A stretch of 64,000 bases of DNA from an uncultured Solirubrobacteraceae bacterium. Lineage in GTDB: Bacteria; Actinomycetota; Thermoleophilia; Solirubrobacterales; Solirubrobacteraceae. Location: positions 20,893 through 84,892 of the forward strand of contig CAWKFP010000007.1 of assembly GCA_963849085.1 (NCBI GenBank). Reading direction: 5' to 3'. A program made the position numbers and the translations under genes. Position 1 is the stretch's first letter, and every line of letters starts with the position of its first letter. The notes beneath the pieces are model-generated. The model searched no databases. It was not told the DNA's origin and worked only from the letters and a program-made list of their open reading frames with translations. Shown one piece after another: positions 18,634-30,681 of the stretch.

Positions 18634-20257
18634 CAGCGAGCGCTCCTTGCGAGACGAGGTTGGGCGTGTCAGGTTGCACGGTCGAGACCAGAGCCTCCCA
18701 CGGGCCCAGGCGAACCGGCCGATCTGCGGCAGGGGGGGCCGGCAGCTCGCCGGCGATCGTGCTGGACAGGACGAGAGAGGCATCCGGCAGCTCGATGTCG
18801 AGCTCCCGGCCGGTGAGGTTGGCGGCCACGACGAGATCGCCGCAGCGATAGGCCCAGGCCCCCTCGGGCGCAGGCAGTGGATCGTACGCGGCCCCGGGTC
18901 CGACGGCCTCTCGGCGCAGGGCGATCAGCCGGCGGGTCAGATGCAGCTCGGAGGTCGGATCGTCGCGCTGTTCCTGCACGCTGTGACCAGCGCGGTCACC
19001 GATCGGCAGCCACGGCCGGACGCCGGGGGCGGTGAACCCGGCTCCCGCTCCGGGCGTCCACGGCATCGGTGTCCGCGCCCGATCGCGATTGAAGCGCCCG
19101 TCCGTCGCCCGCCAGCTCATCCGATCGCGCTGGTCCTCCGGCGAGACGTCGATGTCAGGCAGGCCGAGCTCGTCGCCGTAGTACAGGGTGCCGGTCCCCG
19201 GCAGGGTGAGCAGCACCGTCAGCGCCAGCCGAGCGCGGGCGCGGTCATCGGCGCCCCAGCGGGTGGGGAAGCGCGAGATGTCGTGGTTGGAGCCATGCCA
19301 CACCGGGCACGCCCCGTCGGGCAGCGCCGCCAGCGTCTGCGCGACGCGCTCCGACAGCGCCCCGGCATCAAACGGTGCGAAGGCGAAGGCGAAGTTGAAG
19401 CCCAGCTGGAGCTCGTCGTCCTCGCCGTAGAAGCGGGCCAGGTCGGCCGGATCCAGCACCCAGGTCTCCCCCACCAGCAGCCGCTCGGGATCGTAGGAGC
19501 GGGCCACCCCGCGCCAGGCCCGGTAGACCTCGTGAACCTCTGGGCGGTTCTTCGAGTAACGGTGCGCGAGCCCGAACGGCGATTCGACGCTGACCGGGGC
19601 CGGGGGATCGTCACGCAGTTGCGCGTCCTTGTACAGGCCGTTGGCGACGTCGATGCGAAACCCGGCGATCCCGCGGTCGAACCAGAAGCGCTGGATCGCG
19701 ATGAACGCCTCGTGAACTTCGGGCTCGAACCAGTTGAGATCGGGCTGGCCGGCGAGGAAGTTGTGCAGGTAGTACTGGCCACTGAGCTCGTCCAGCGTCC
19801 AGGCGGGGCGCCCCGTGCTGTCCAGCCAGTTGTTGGGCGGACCGCCGCCGGCGGCGGGATCCGCCCACACATACCAGTTGCGATGGCTCGCCTCGCGACC
19901 GGAGCGAGCGTCGCGAAACCACGCGTGCTCGATCGACGTGTGGTTGGGGACGAGATCGAGCAGGATCGCCATCCCCAGATCGCCGGCGGCGGCGATCAGG
20001 CGATCGATGTCGCGCAGCGTCCCCAGGTCGGGATGGACGCCGGTGTAGTCGCTGACGTCATATCCCCAGTCGCTGTCCGGCGATGGCATCGTCGGCGACA
20101 GCCACAGGGCGTCCACCCCGAGCCACGCGAGGTAATCCAACCGCTCCAGCAGCCCGCCCAGATCACCGGACCCGTCACCGTCGCTGTCGGCGAAGGAGCG
20201 GACGTAGACCTGGTAGATGACGCCGCCGTCCCACCAGCGTGAGCGCAGTGGCGTCAT
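18614..20257 (-). CDS. GH13 alpha-glucosidase / oligo-1,6-glucosidase
   Basis: VIYQVYVRSFADSDGDGSGDLGG, DLVPNHTS, GFRIDVAN. ATGA overlap with the upstream permease stop. Confidence 0.9.
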
Positions 20258-21093
20258 CCCTTCACGGCCCCGGCGGTCAGGCCGGACACCACCGACTTGC
20301 GCAGGACGAGCACGATGATCGCGATCGGCACCGCGGCGACGGTGCTGGCGGCGAAGATCGTGCCGTAGGGGATCGTGAACTGCGAGCCGAACTCAGCGAT
20401 CCCCACCGGGATCGTCCTGAAATCGTTGGAGCTGTTGAACGACAGCGACATCAGGAACTCCGTCCAGCACGCGGTGAAGGTGAAGATGCCGGCGGTGAAC
20501 AGCCCGGGTGTGGCCTGGGGCAGGATGATCGACCACAGCGTCCGCAGCGGTCCGGCGCCGTCGATCCGGCCGGTCTCCTCCATCTCCTTGGGGATGCCCA
20601 GCATGTAGTTGCGCAGGATCCAGATCGCGAACGGCAGGTTGAACGCCGTGTAGGGGACGATCAGCGCCTGATAGCTGTTCAGCCACCCGAGATCCTTCAT
20701 GAGCAGGAACAGCGGGGCGATCACCGCGATCGCGGGGAACACCGAGATCATCAGCAGCGCGACCATCACCGGCAGCTTGCCGCGCATCGGCAGGCGTCCG
20801 AGCGCGTACCCGGCCAGCGTTCCCAGGAACAGCACGAGGATCGTGGTGATGACGGCGACGATCACCGAGTTGAGGATGTAGCGAGCGAACGTGTAGTCGC
20901 TGAACGCCACGTTGTAGTTGGACGTGGTCACGTCGTGCGGTATCAGGCTGGTCGTGCCGATGCCCGCCTGGCCCTTGAAGCTGCTGGAGATCATCCAGTA
21001 CAGCGGGATGATGACGAACAGGATCGTCACCACTGTGGCGATGTTGACGGCGTTGACGTAGCGCCGCCAGCCCTTGCGCTGTCGATTGCGCAT
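20254..21093 (-). CDS. carbohydrate ABC transporter permease (MalG/AglG type)
   Basis: Six-TM profile, EAA-like loop (PKEMEETGRIDGAGPLRTLWSIILP). Adjacent to the next permease with no gap. Confidence 0.9.
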   Translation of the reverse strand: MRNRQRKGWRRYVNAVNIATVVTILFVIIPLYWMISSSFKGQAGIGTTSLIPHDVTTSNYNVAFSDYTFARYILNSVIVAVITTILVLFLGTLAGYALGRLPMRGKLPVMVALLMISVFPAIAVIAPLFLLMKDLGWLNSYQALIVPYTAFNLPFAIWILRNYMLGIPKEMEETGRIDGAGPLRTLWSIILPQATPGLFTAGIFTFTACWTEFLMSLSFNSSNDFRTIPVGIAEFGSQFTIPYGTIFAASTVAAVPIAIIVLVLRKSVVSGLTAGAVKG

Positions 21094-22062
21094 TTACATC
21101 CCCTCCTGACCGACTTGAGCCTTGAACACCTGCAGGAACGCCATGCAGCCGATCACCACGAGCAGCGCCGTCGTGGTCGCCACCGCCGCTCCGGGGCCGA
21201 AGCTGAGGTTCTGGAACATCGCCTGGTAGCCGAGGATCGCGAGCGAGGTCGTCGCGTGCCCCGGACCGCCTCCGGTCAGCACGAACGGGAGGTCGAACAG
21301 TCCGAACGCCTGGAGAACGCGGAAGAGCACGGCCAGGGCGATCGTCGGGCGCAGCAGCGGGAACGTGATCTTCCAGAACGTCGTCCAGCCCGACGCGCCG
21401 TCGACGTCGGCCGCCTCGTAGATCTCCTGGGGCAGCATGACCAACCCGGCCAGCACGATAATGGCGACGAACGGCGTCGTCTTCCAGATGTCGGCCACGC
21501 ACAGGGCGACGATCGCCGACAGGTTGGATCCCAGGATGACGGGATGCCCAAGGCCGAGTGTCGAGAAGATGGAGTCGGCGATCCCGTAGGACGGGTCGTA
21601 GATGTATCCCCACAGCTCGGCCGAGATGACGGTGATCAGCGACCACGGGATCAGCAGCAGCGCCATCATCCAGCCCCGCCCGGCCACCAGCCGCTCCAGC
21701 ACGAGCGCGATCATCGTCCCGAACAGGAGCTCGAAGAAGACGGTGATCACCGTGTAGCCGAGCGTGAACAACAGCGCGTAATGCCACGTCGAGTTGCCCA
21801 GGACGAGCGAGTAGTTCCCGGTGGTGAAGCCGTTGAGCGAGAATCCCGAGCCCGTCACGTTGACGTTGTTGAGGCTGAGAACGACCGAGAAGGCGATCGG
21901 GAACAGGGTGACCAGCCCGATCACGAACAGCGCCGGAGCGGAGAACATCCAGCCCAGGCGGGCCATCCGCCGCCGGTTCTCGTCCGGGCGGCCCACCGCC
22001 GTGGGCGGACGCTGATCCGGACCCCCGCGATCGGGGACCCGGTCGGTGGTTATCGTCGCCAT
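21094..22062 (-). CDS. carbohydrate ABC transporter permease (MalF/AglF type)
   Basis: Multi-TM protein with EAA loop (YEAADVDGASGWTTFWKITFPLL). ATG 22062 with GAGGAG SD. Confidence 0.9.
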   Translation of the reverse strand: MATITTDRVPDRGGPDQRPPTAVGRPDENRRRMARLGWMFSAPALFVIGLVTLFPIAFSVVLSLNNVNVTGSGFSLNGFTTGNYSLVLGNSTWHYALLFTLGYTVITVFFELLFGTMIALVLERLVAGRGWMMALLLIPWSLITVISAELWGYIYDPSYGIADSIFSTLGLGHPVILGSNLSAIVALCVADIWKTTPFVAIIVLAGLVMLPQEIYEAADVDGASGWTTFWKITFPLLRPTIALAVLFRVLQAFGLFDLPFVLTGGGPGHATTSLAILGYQAMFQNLSFGPGAAVATTTALLVVIGCMAFLQVFKAQVGQEGM

Positions 22063-22094
22063 GAAGAATGTGCTCCTCGTGTCGAGATGAGGCC

Positions 22095-22135
22095 GCTCGC
22101 GGGGGGCCGGAGGAGGAGACAGGCCCCCCGCGAGC
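22095..22135 (-). promoter_or_regulatory. intercistronic 14-bp GC stem-loop between the SBP and permease genes
   Basis: GCTCGCGGGGGGCC (22095-22108) pairs perfectly with GGCCCCCCGCGAGC (22122-22135), with a 13-nt loop. Confidence 0.6.
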
Positions 22136-22149
22136 GACGGTTGCGATGG

Positions 22150-23577
22150 CTACAGGCCGCCGCCGCTCACAGCGGTGTTGATCGACGAGTTCATCGCGCT
22201 CACCGCTGCCGATGGTGACGTCTGACCGGCCAGGACCGAGCTGACGTTCTGATAGATCGCCTGGCTGACCTGTGGATAGTTCGGCGTCTGCGCCGGACGC
22301 GGAACGAGCTTGGTCTTGGGGACGACCGCCAGCACCGCGTTGGAGGCGATCACCTTGTGCGCGGTGCGCACCGACGTGATCGTCGGGATCTGCGAGAACT
22401 GCGTCGCCTCGATCGTCTGTGCCTGCTCGCCCGTCATCCATTTCACGAACGTCAGATCGGCCGCGAGATTCTTCGAATGCGGATTGATGTACAGGTTCCA
22501 GCCGCCGATGTTGGAGTAACCCGGGGTGGGCTGTCCGGCGAACGTCGGCATCGGCGCAACCCCGACCTTGCCGATCACCTTCGAGCCGGCGGCGTTCGAC
22601 GAGGCATACGCGTAGTCCCAGTTACGCATGAACGCCGCATCGCCCGTGACGAACTCGTTGAGCGCCTGGGGCTCCTGATAGGTCGACTCCGCCTGCGGGC
22701 TGACTCCACTGGACACCAGCTCGCGCTCGAACGTCAGCGCCTTCAGCGCGCCGCCGTTGGCCGTCAGCGACGACTTCGTGTCCGTCGCATTCAGCACCGT
22801 TCCGCCGGCGTCGGCGAGGAACTCCGCGAAGTCACACGTCGCGCCCTCGTAGTCGGCACCCTGGAAGACGTAGCCGTACTTGACCTGACCCTTGGACTGC
22901 ATGATCTTGGAATCGCTGAGGACCTGCTCCCACGTCGTCGGGACCGCCAGGTGATCCTTGGCCAGGAGATCCTTGCGGTAGTACAGGAAGCCCTGGTCCT
23001 CGAACAACGGAGCACCGTAGACCTGTCCCTTGTATGTCGCCCCCTGCACCAGCCCGGGCGCGAAGGTGGCGAAATAGCTCGCCGGCAGATACTTGCTCAG
23101 CGGAACGGCGAGCTGGTGGGCGCCGAACTGCGCCGGCCAGATGACGTCGCCCATGAACACGTCCGGACCGGCGCCGCCGGAGATCTGCGTGGCCAGCGTC
23201 GCGCGGTTGGTGTCGGTGTCGGTCGGCGCGGTGATCAGGTTGACCTTGATCCCCGGATACGCCTTCTCGAACGCCGCGATCCAGACCTTGCGCACGTCCG
23301 GGCCGCTGGTCGAGATCGGGCTGGCCCACCAGTTGATCGTGCCCGACGTCGCGTTGCCCGGCGCCGTGGCGGCGCCGTAGGAGACGGCGGCGGCCTTCGT
23401 GGCCGCCGACGACGCTCCGGCCGAGGACGCCGCGGCCGACGACGTCGCCGACGACGTGCTCGAGGACCCGCAGGCGGCCAGGCCGATACCGGCCGCCGAC
23501 ACGGCTGCCAGCGCAGCCACTCGGCGCAGCCTCCGACGACGATTCGCGTTCTCCCCAGATGCACAGTGTGGTCTCAC
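22150..23577 (-). CDS. ABC transporter substrate-binding lipoprotein (family 1 sugar SBP)
   Basis: Lipobox GIGLAAC after a basic n-region. Typical SBP_bac_1 length and composition. GTG start at 23577 overlaps the LacI stop (GTGA). Confidence 0.88.
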   Translation of the reverse strand: MRPHCASGENANRRRRLRRVAALAAVSAAGIGLAACGSSSTSSATSSAAASSAGASSAATKAAAVSYGAATAPGNATSGTINWWASPISTSGPDVRKVWIAAFEKAYPGIKVNLITAPTDTDTNRATLATQISGGAGPDVFMGDVIWPAQFGAHQLAVPLSKYLPASYFATFAPGLVQGATYKGQVYGAPLFEDQGFLYYRKDLLAKDHLAVPTTWEQVLSDSKIMQSKGQVKYGYVFQGADYEGATCDFAEFLADAGGTVLNATDTKSSLTANGGALKALTFERELVSSGVSPQAESTYQEPQALNEFVTGDAAFMRNWDYAYASSNAAGSKVIGKVGVAPMPTFAGQPTPGYSNIGGWNLYINPHSKNLAADLTFVKWMTGEQAQTIEATQFSQIPTITSVRTAHKVIASNAVLAVVPKTKLVPRPAQTPNYPQVSQAIYQNVSSVLAGQTSPSAAVSAMNSSINTAVSGGGL

Positions 23578-24686
23578 TTCGACGACCTCGACTTTCCCGT
23601 TGGTGATTGTGATACCGCGACGGTGTGCGGGCGTGGCGCACCGGTGCCGCCACCCGCCGCACGTCCCCCATTGCCGGTGCTGTTGCGCTCGATGACCTCG
23701 ATGCGCATCACCACGCGATTGACCTTCGGCGTCTCGCCGGCGATCAGGGCACAGAGCCGCTCGGTGGCGCGGACACCGGAGGCGAAGAGGGGCTGGCGAA
23801 CCGTGCTGAGGTGCACGAACTCCGCCGCTTCGATGTCGTCATAGCCGATGACGGCGAGGTCATCGGGGACGCGGGCACCGAGTGACTCGGCGGCTCTCAG
23901 GACACCGAGCGCCTGCGTGTCGGAGGCGGCGAAGATCGCCGTCGGCGGATCGGCGAGCGACAGCAGCTCGACGGCGTTCACGAACGCCGGTTTGGCGCCG
24001 TGCGCGCCGAGAGCCACGAGCTCGGGGTCGGGGTCGATCCGCGCGCGTGACAGCGCCTCCCGGTAGCCGCGCAGGCGGCGCCGGCTGGAGGTGAAGCCGA
24101 GGCCGTCCCCGAGGTCGTCGCCGATGAAGCCGATCCGGCGATGACCCCGGGCGAGCAGGCACTCCGCGGCCAGGCGGCCGCCGAGCACGTCGTCGACGAC
24201 CGTGCGGTGGACCCCGGGCGTGTCGGCGTCGACCATGACGAGCGGGACGTTGACGTCGCGCAAAGCTCGGATCTGGCTCCTCTCCAGCGGCAGCGAGGCC
24301 ACGATCACACCATCGGCGCGATGCTCGCGGACGAGCTCGTCGAGGTGACGGTCACGCTGCGCGGGCGTCTCGACGTTGCGCACGACGCAGTCGTAGCCCT
24401 GCTCGTCGAGCACGGCGATGATCCCGGAGAGGCGTGCCACCGATGCCGGTCGCGTGATGAAGGGGACGAGCGCGACCACCGACCGCGTGTTCCCCATCGA
24501 CAGGCTCACGGCGGCGCGGCTCGGCCGATAGCCGAGCTCCCGCATCGCCTCCAGCACCGCCTCGCGCGTGGAGTCACGCACCTGGCTGCTGCCGTTGAGA
24601 ACGCGTGACACGGTGCCCACGCCGACGCCGACCTTTGCGGCTACCTCGGCGATGTTCACCGTCCGCGGCTTGGCCGACGGTTGCAC
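23574..24686 (-). CDS. LacI family transcriptional regulator
   Basis: HTH VNIAEVAAKVGVGVGTVSRVLNG plus a periplasmic-binding-fold core. GTG 24686 is preceded by GGAGGGAGG. The upstream 21 codons of the track ORF have no support. Confidence 0.9.
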   Translation of the reverse strand: MQPSAKPRTVNIAEVAAKVGVGVGTVSRVLNGSSQVRDSTREAVLEAMRELGYRPSRAAVSLSMGNTRSVVALVPFITRPASVARLSGIIAVLDEQGYDCVVRNVETPAQRDRHLDELVREHRADGVIVASLPLERSQIRALRDVNVPLVMVDADTPGVHRTVVDDVLGGRLAAECLLARGHRRIGFIGDDLGDGLGFTSSRRRLRGYREALSRARIDPDPELVALGAHGAKPAFVNAVELLSLADPPTAIFAASDTQALGVLRAAESLGARVPDDLAVIGYDDIEAAEFVHLSTVRQPLFASGVRATERLCALIAGETPKVNRVVMRIEVIERNSTGNGGRAAGGGTGAPRPHTVAVSQSPTGKSRSSK

Positions 24687-24721
24687 TGACCTCCCTCCAC
24701 CTCTCTCCACAGCCGTCTGAA

Positions 24722-24735
24722 TGGAACGGCTTCCA
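24722..24735 (-). promoter_or_regulatory. candidate LacI-type operator TGGAAGCCGTTCCA
   Basis: 14-bp near-palindrome (arms TGGAA/TTCCA) on the minus strand, just downstream of the candidate -10 element. It resembles the TGnAAnCGnTTnCA operator class. Confidence 0.45.
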
Positions 24736-24740
24736 CGGGC

Positions 24741-24769
24741 AGTATGCACACATGGGATGGTTGTGTCAA
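24741..24769 (-). promoter_or_regulatory. candidate sigma-70-type promoter of the sugar operon
   Basis: On the minus strand: TTGACA (24769-24764), a 17-nt spacer, then CATACT (24746-24741). It lies in a lower-GC intergenic island. A second TTGACA sits at 24793-24788. Confidence 0.5.
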
Positions 24770-24876
24770 CCGAGAATCGATGACGGCTGTCAACTCCGGC
24801 GATCCCGGCGCTGAGGGCGGTCCCCGGACCGTCTCAGAATCGGCCGCGGCGGCCTCGTCGGTGGCGTCGAGGCCGG

Positions 24877-27441
<2,565 letters not shown>

Positions 27442-27560
27442 CTTCCGGTGTTGTAGCGCGCCGGACGCCACCGCGCCTCTTATGAAGTTGTGCAGGTTCC
27501 CCGGGCCTGGACTTTCTGAACGGGCGGTTAGATGATCTCATCCTCGGAAAGGACCCCATC

Positions 27561-27710
27561 ATGAGCACGATCCTCATCCTCAACCTCGTTTCCGGCTCAC
27601 TCGCCGCCACCGGCATCGGGGGCTATCTCGTGTACGGCATGCGCCGGGCTCGTCGCGCGGCGGCCGTCGAGCCGCTGTACGTGCCGGCCGAGCACGCTCC
27701 GCCGGCCTAG
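27561..27710 (+). CDS. 49-aa small membrane protein (not in ORF track)
   Basis: GAAAGGA SD 8 nt upstream of ATG 27561. Sequence: MSTILILNLVSGSLAATGIGGYLVYGMRRARRAAAVEPLYVPAEHAPPA. One TM helix, 88% third-position GC, TAG at 27708-27710. Confidence 0.55.
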   Translation: MSTILILNLVSGSLAATGIGGYLVYGMRRARRAAAVEPLYVPAEHAPPA

Positions 27711-27718
27711 GCCGATAC

Positions 27719-27746
27719 CGTGTGCGGTCATGCGGGACCGCACACG
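27719..27746 (+). promoter_or_regulatory. perfect 11-bp stem-loop with the MFS start codon in its 6-nt loop
   Basis: CGTGTGCGGTC (27719-27729), loop ATGCGG, GACCGCACACG (27736-27746). It begins 9 nt after the small ORF stop. Confidence 0.7.
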
Positions 27747-28968
27747 AGCGGCGCGGCGCGGGCGCCGGTCCGGCTGGATCGCGATCGGAGCGTTCGCGTT
27801 GCTGGCCTGCGCGACGCAGCTGCTGTGGCTGACCTACGCGCCGATCACGACGGGGGCCGCGCGGTATTACGGCGTCTCGGTGGGTGCGGTCGGATGGCTG
27901 GCCGAGATCTTCCCGCTCGTCTACGTCGTGCTCGCCGTGCCCGCCGGCCGGGTTCTCGATCGCTCCCTGAACGGCGGGCTGGCTGGGGGCGCGCTCCTGA
28001 CGGCGCTCGGCGCCGCGCTGCGGCTGTTCGGTGACGATTTCGGGTGGGCGTTGTGCGGACAGTGCCTTGTCGCGATCGCCCAGCCGCTCGTCCTGAACGC
28101 GGTCGGCAAGCTCGCGACGGTCCGCCTCCCCGAGCGCCGGCGCGCGGACGGGATCGCGCTCGGTTCCGCCGGGATGATCGTCGGGATGCTGCTGGCGCTC
28201 GTGCTCGGCGCGGCGCTCGGGGGCGGCCGCATCCACGCCGTGCTCGCGATCGGCGCCGTCGTCTCGACGGTCGCCGCGATCGTGATGATCGCCGCGCTGC
28301 TCGCACCGGCGGCGGTCCCGGCCACCGGCCTGCAGGCGCCCCGCCGAACGCTGCGCGCCGTCTGGACCGATCACGAGGTGCGCGTGCTCGCCGGTCTCCT
28401 GTTCGTCGGCTTCGGCGTCTTCATCGCCCTCGCCACCTGGCTGCAGGCGCTGTTGAGCCGCTACGGCGTGTCGGCGAACTCGGCCGGCGGCGTGCTGGTG
28501 GCGATGGTCCTGCTCGGGGCGGTCGGATCCGGAGTCCTGGCGCCGCGCGTCCTGGAACGCGGGACCGAGCAGAGCCTGATCGGCGCCTCGATCGCGGTCG
28601 GGATCGCCGGCTGCGGGCTGCTGGCCGTCGCGCACGGGTTCGCCCTCGACGCGGTCGTCCTGGCGATCATGGGGATGCTGCTGCTCACCGACCTGCCGGT
28701 CATCCTCGAGCTCTCAGAACGCCGCGCCGGCACCGACGGCGGCACGGTCGCGGCACTGATGTGGCTGTCGGGCAACGCGGGCGGCCTCGTCGTCGCCGTC
28801 CTCGTGCAGGCCCTGATCCACCACCCCGGTCCGGCCTTCCTGCTGCTCGCGCTCGTCGCCGCGACGGCGATCCCGCTCGTCCGCGCGCTCGGCGCATCGG
28901 CGCGCGCGGCACCGGCGGCGGCGCCGGCGATCGCCGACGCGGTGCACGCGGGCGATGGCGCGGTGTGA
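27730..28968 (+). CDS. MFS transporter
   Basis: 412 aa, about 12 TM segments, MFS loop motif (PAGRVLDR). No SD upstream of the ATG. Confidence 0.85.
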   Translation: MRDRTRAARRGRRSGWIAIGAFALLACATQLLWLTYAPITTGAARYYGVSVGAVGWLAEIFPLVYVVLAVPAGRVLDRSLNGGLAGGALLTALGAALRLFGDDFGWALCGQCLVAIAQPLVLNAVGKLATVRLPERRRADGIALGSAGMIVGMLLALVLGAALGGGRIHAVLAIGAVVSTVAAIVMIAALLAPAAVPATGLQAPRRTLRAVWTDHEVRVLAGLLFVGFGVFIALATWLQALLSRYGVSANSAGGVLVAMVLLGAVGSGVLAPRVLERGTEQSLIGASIAVGIAGCGLLAVAHGFALDAVVLAIMGMLLLTDLPVILELSERRAGTDGGTVAALMWLSGNAGGLVVAVLVQALIHHPGPAFLLLALVAATAIPLVRALGASARAAPAAAPAIADAVHAGDGAV

Positions 28969-29001
28969 CACCGCCGCCTCGCCGCGACGGTCAGAGGCTC
29001 G

Positions 29002-30681
29002 TCAGAGGAGCGTGGTGCGCGGTAGCGCCGCGTCACGGAACACGACCTCGGCGCGCTCGGCGATCCGGCCGGGCGCGACGATCGTGATCCACAGGCGGTC
29101 GCCGGCTCGATAGCGGCTCCCGACGAGCGCGCGTCGCAGCGCGGCGGCCGTACGGAGGGTCATCGCGCGGACGGCGCGGGGACAGCCGCGTCCCCGGCAT
29201 CTGAGCGTGATCCGCGCGTCGCGCGGGACTCCGCTGATCCGCAGCCGCCGCAGGCGCGTCTGTGGCCCCGACCACGTCCAGGACAAGAGGATCGTCGCGT
29301 GGATATGCCGGCCGGCCGAGGGTGGGACGGAGATCCTCGTCGGGACCGGCGTACTGACCGTGGCGGGCTCGACGGTGTAGGTGATGCTCGTGCCGGCGGT
29401 CTGCCCGTCGAGGCTCGTCGCGGTCACGGTGTAGGTCGCGGTCCCCGGCGCGCTGGTGTCGAGATGGCCGGCGCCGGCGCTGCCACCGTCGCTGTCGGCG
29501 CACGCGGCGATCCCCGGTGCGCCGCTCGCGTCGGCGCAGGCGTAGGCGGTGGGGACGTGCTGACCGACCAGGTACACCCCGCCGGGGGCCGGAGAGGCGA
29601 TCGACGCCACCGGCGCCGCGACGCTGAACACCTGAACCTCGTCGAGGCCGCCGACCACCGACCCCAGCAGGCCGCCATCCCGGCCGAAGGCCACAGACGA
29701 CACGCCGGAGCCCGAGCCGAGCGGTGAGCCGGCGACGGGCGTCAGCGCTCCGCCGGCGCTGACCGCGGACACCGCGATCGTCCCGTAGCCGAGGTCGGCC
29801 GCGGCCAGCAGGGCCCCGTTCGGGCTGAACGCCGCCGCGGTCGGATAGCTGCCCGCCCCCGCCGGGAACGGCGAGCCGGGAACCGCGGTCAGCGCGCCGG
29901 TCGACCCGATCGAGAAGAGGGAGAGCGCGTTCGCGCTCGAGTCAGAGACCGCGAGCAGACCCGCCGGGCTGAACGACACCGTGTTCGGCGGGCCGGCGAC
30001 GGCCACCGGCGATCCCACGGTGGCGAGCGCGCCGGCCGGTGACACCGAGAACACCGACAGCGCGTCGGTGCCGTGGTCGCCGGCGATCAGGTGGTCGCCG
30101 GCGGGACTGAAGGCCAGCGACGCGGGATCGCTGCCGGCCGGCGTGGCCTGAGCCCCGGCGGAGGTCAGGGCGCCGTTGGCGGCGACGGCGAAGTCCTGGA
30201 CGACATCGGCGCCCGAATCGGCCGTGGCCAGCAGCCCCCCATTCGGGCTGAAGGCGACGTCGTAGGGGCCGCCGGACAGCTGCACCGGCGAGCCCGGCGC
30301 TTCGGTCAGCGTCCCCGTCGAGGACACCGACAGCACCGTGACCTGGCTGGTGCTGAGGTCGGCGATCGCCAGCAGCCCGCCGCTCGGGCTGAAGCTCAGC
30401 GCCACCGGACCACTGCCGGCCGGAAACGACGCGACGAGCTCGCCGAGCGCGCCGCCGGGCGAGACCGAGAACAGCGACACGCTGCTGGTGCCGTAATCGG
30501 CGACGGCGACCAGCGAGCCGGCGGGATCGAAGGCGATTCCGTCCGGATCGGTCCCCGAGGGCAGCGCGAACGTCGTGGCCGGGGTGAACACCGCCGCCGC
30601 GCGGGCCGCCGGCGCGGTCGCAGCGGACATCAGCACAGCACCGATCATCAGTGCGCTCAGGAGCCGCCCGGTCAGACGCAT
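29002..30681 (-). CDS. secreted beta-propeller (lactonase-like 7-blade) repeat protein with Ig-like and Arg-rich C-terminal modules
   Basis: Signal peptide. About 48-aa units matching FSP.GGLLA.AD......V..FSV...GAL. Then an Ig-like segment and an RISGVPRDARITLRCRGRGCP tail. Confidence 0.75.
   Translation of the reverse strand: MRLTGRLLSALMIGAVLMSAATAPAARAAAVFTPATTFALPSGTDPDGIAFDPAGSLVAVADYGTSSVSLFSVSPGGALGELVASFPAGSGPVALSFSPSGGLLAIADLSTSQVTVLSVSSTGTLTEAPGSPVQLSGGPYDVAFSPNGGLLATADSGADVVQDFAVAANGALTSAGAQATPAGSDPASLAFSPAGDHLIAGDHGTDALSVFSVSPAGALATVGSPVAVAGPPNTVSFSPAGLLAVSDSSANALSLFSIGSTGALTAVPGSPFPAGAGSYPTAAAFSPNGALLAAADLGYGTIAVSAVSAGGALTPVAGSPLGSGSGVSSVAFGRDGGLLGSVVGGLDEVQVFSVAAPVASIASPAPGGVYLVGQHVPTAYACADASGAPGIAACADSDGGSAGAGHLDTSAPGTATYTVTATSLDGQTAGTSITYTVEPATVSTPVPTRISVPPSAGRHIHATILLSWTWSGPQTRLRRLRISGVPRDARITLRCRGRGCPRAVRAMTLRTAAALRRALVGSRYRAGDRLWITIVAPGRIAERAEVVFRDAALPRTTLL

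Noticed and set aside
20239-22441. 659-aa plus-strand and 682-aa minus-strand ORFs across the permease genes.
   Set aside because: Both are His/Arg/Asp/Gly-rich nonsense composition. The annotated frames give canonical multi-TM permeases with EAA loops.
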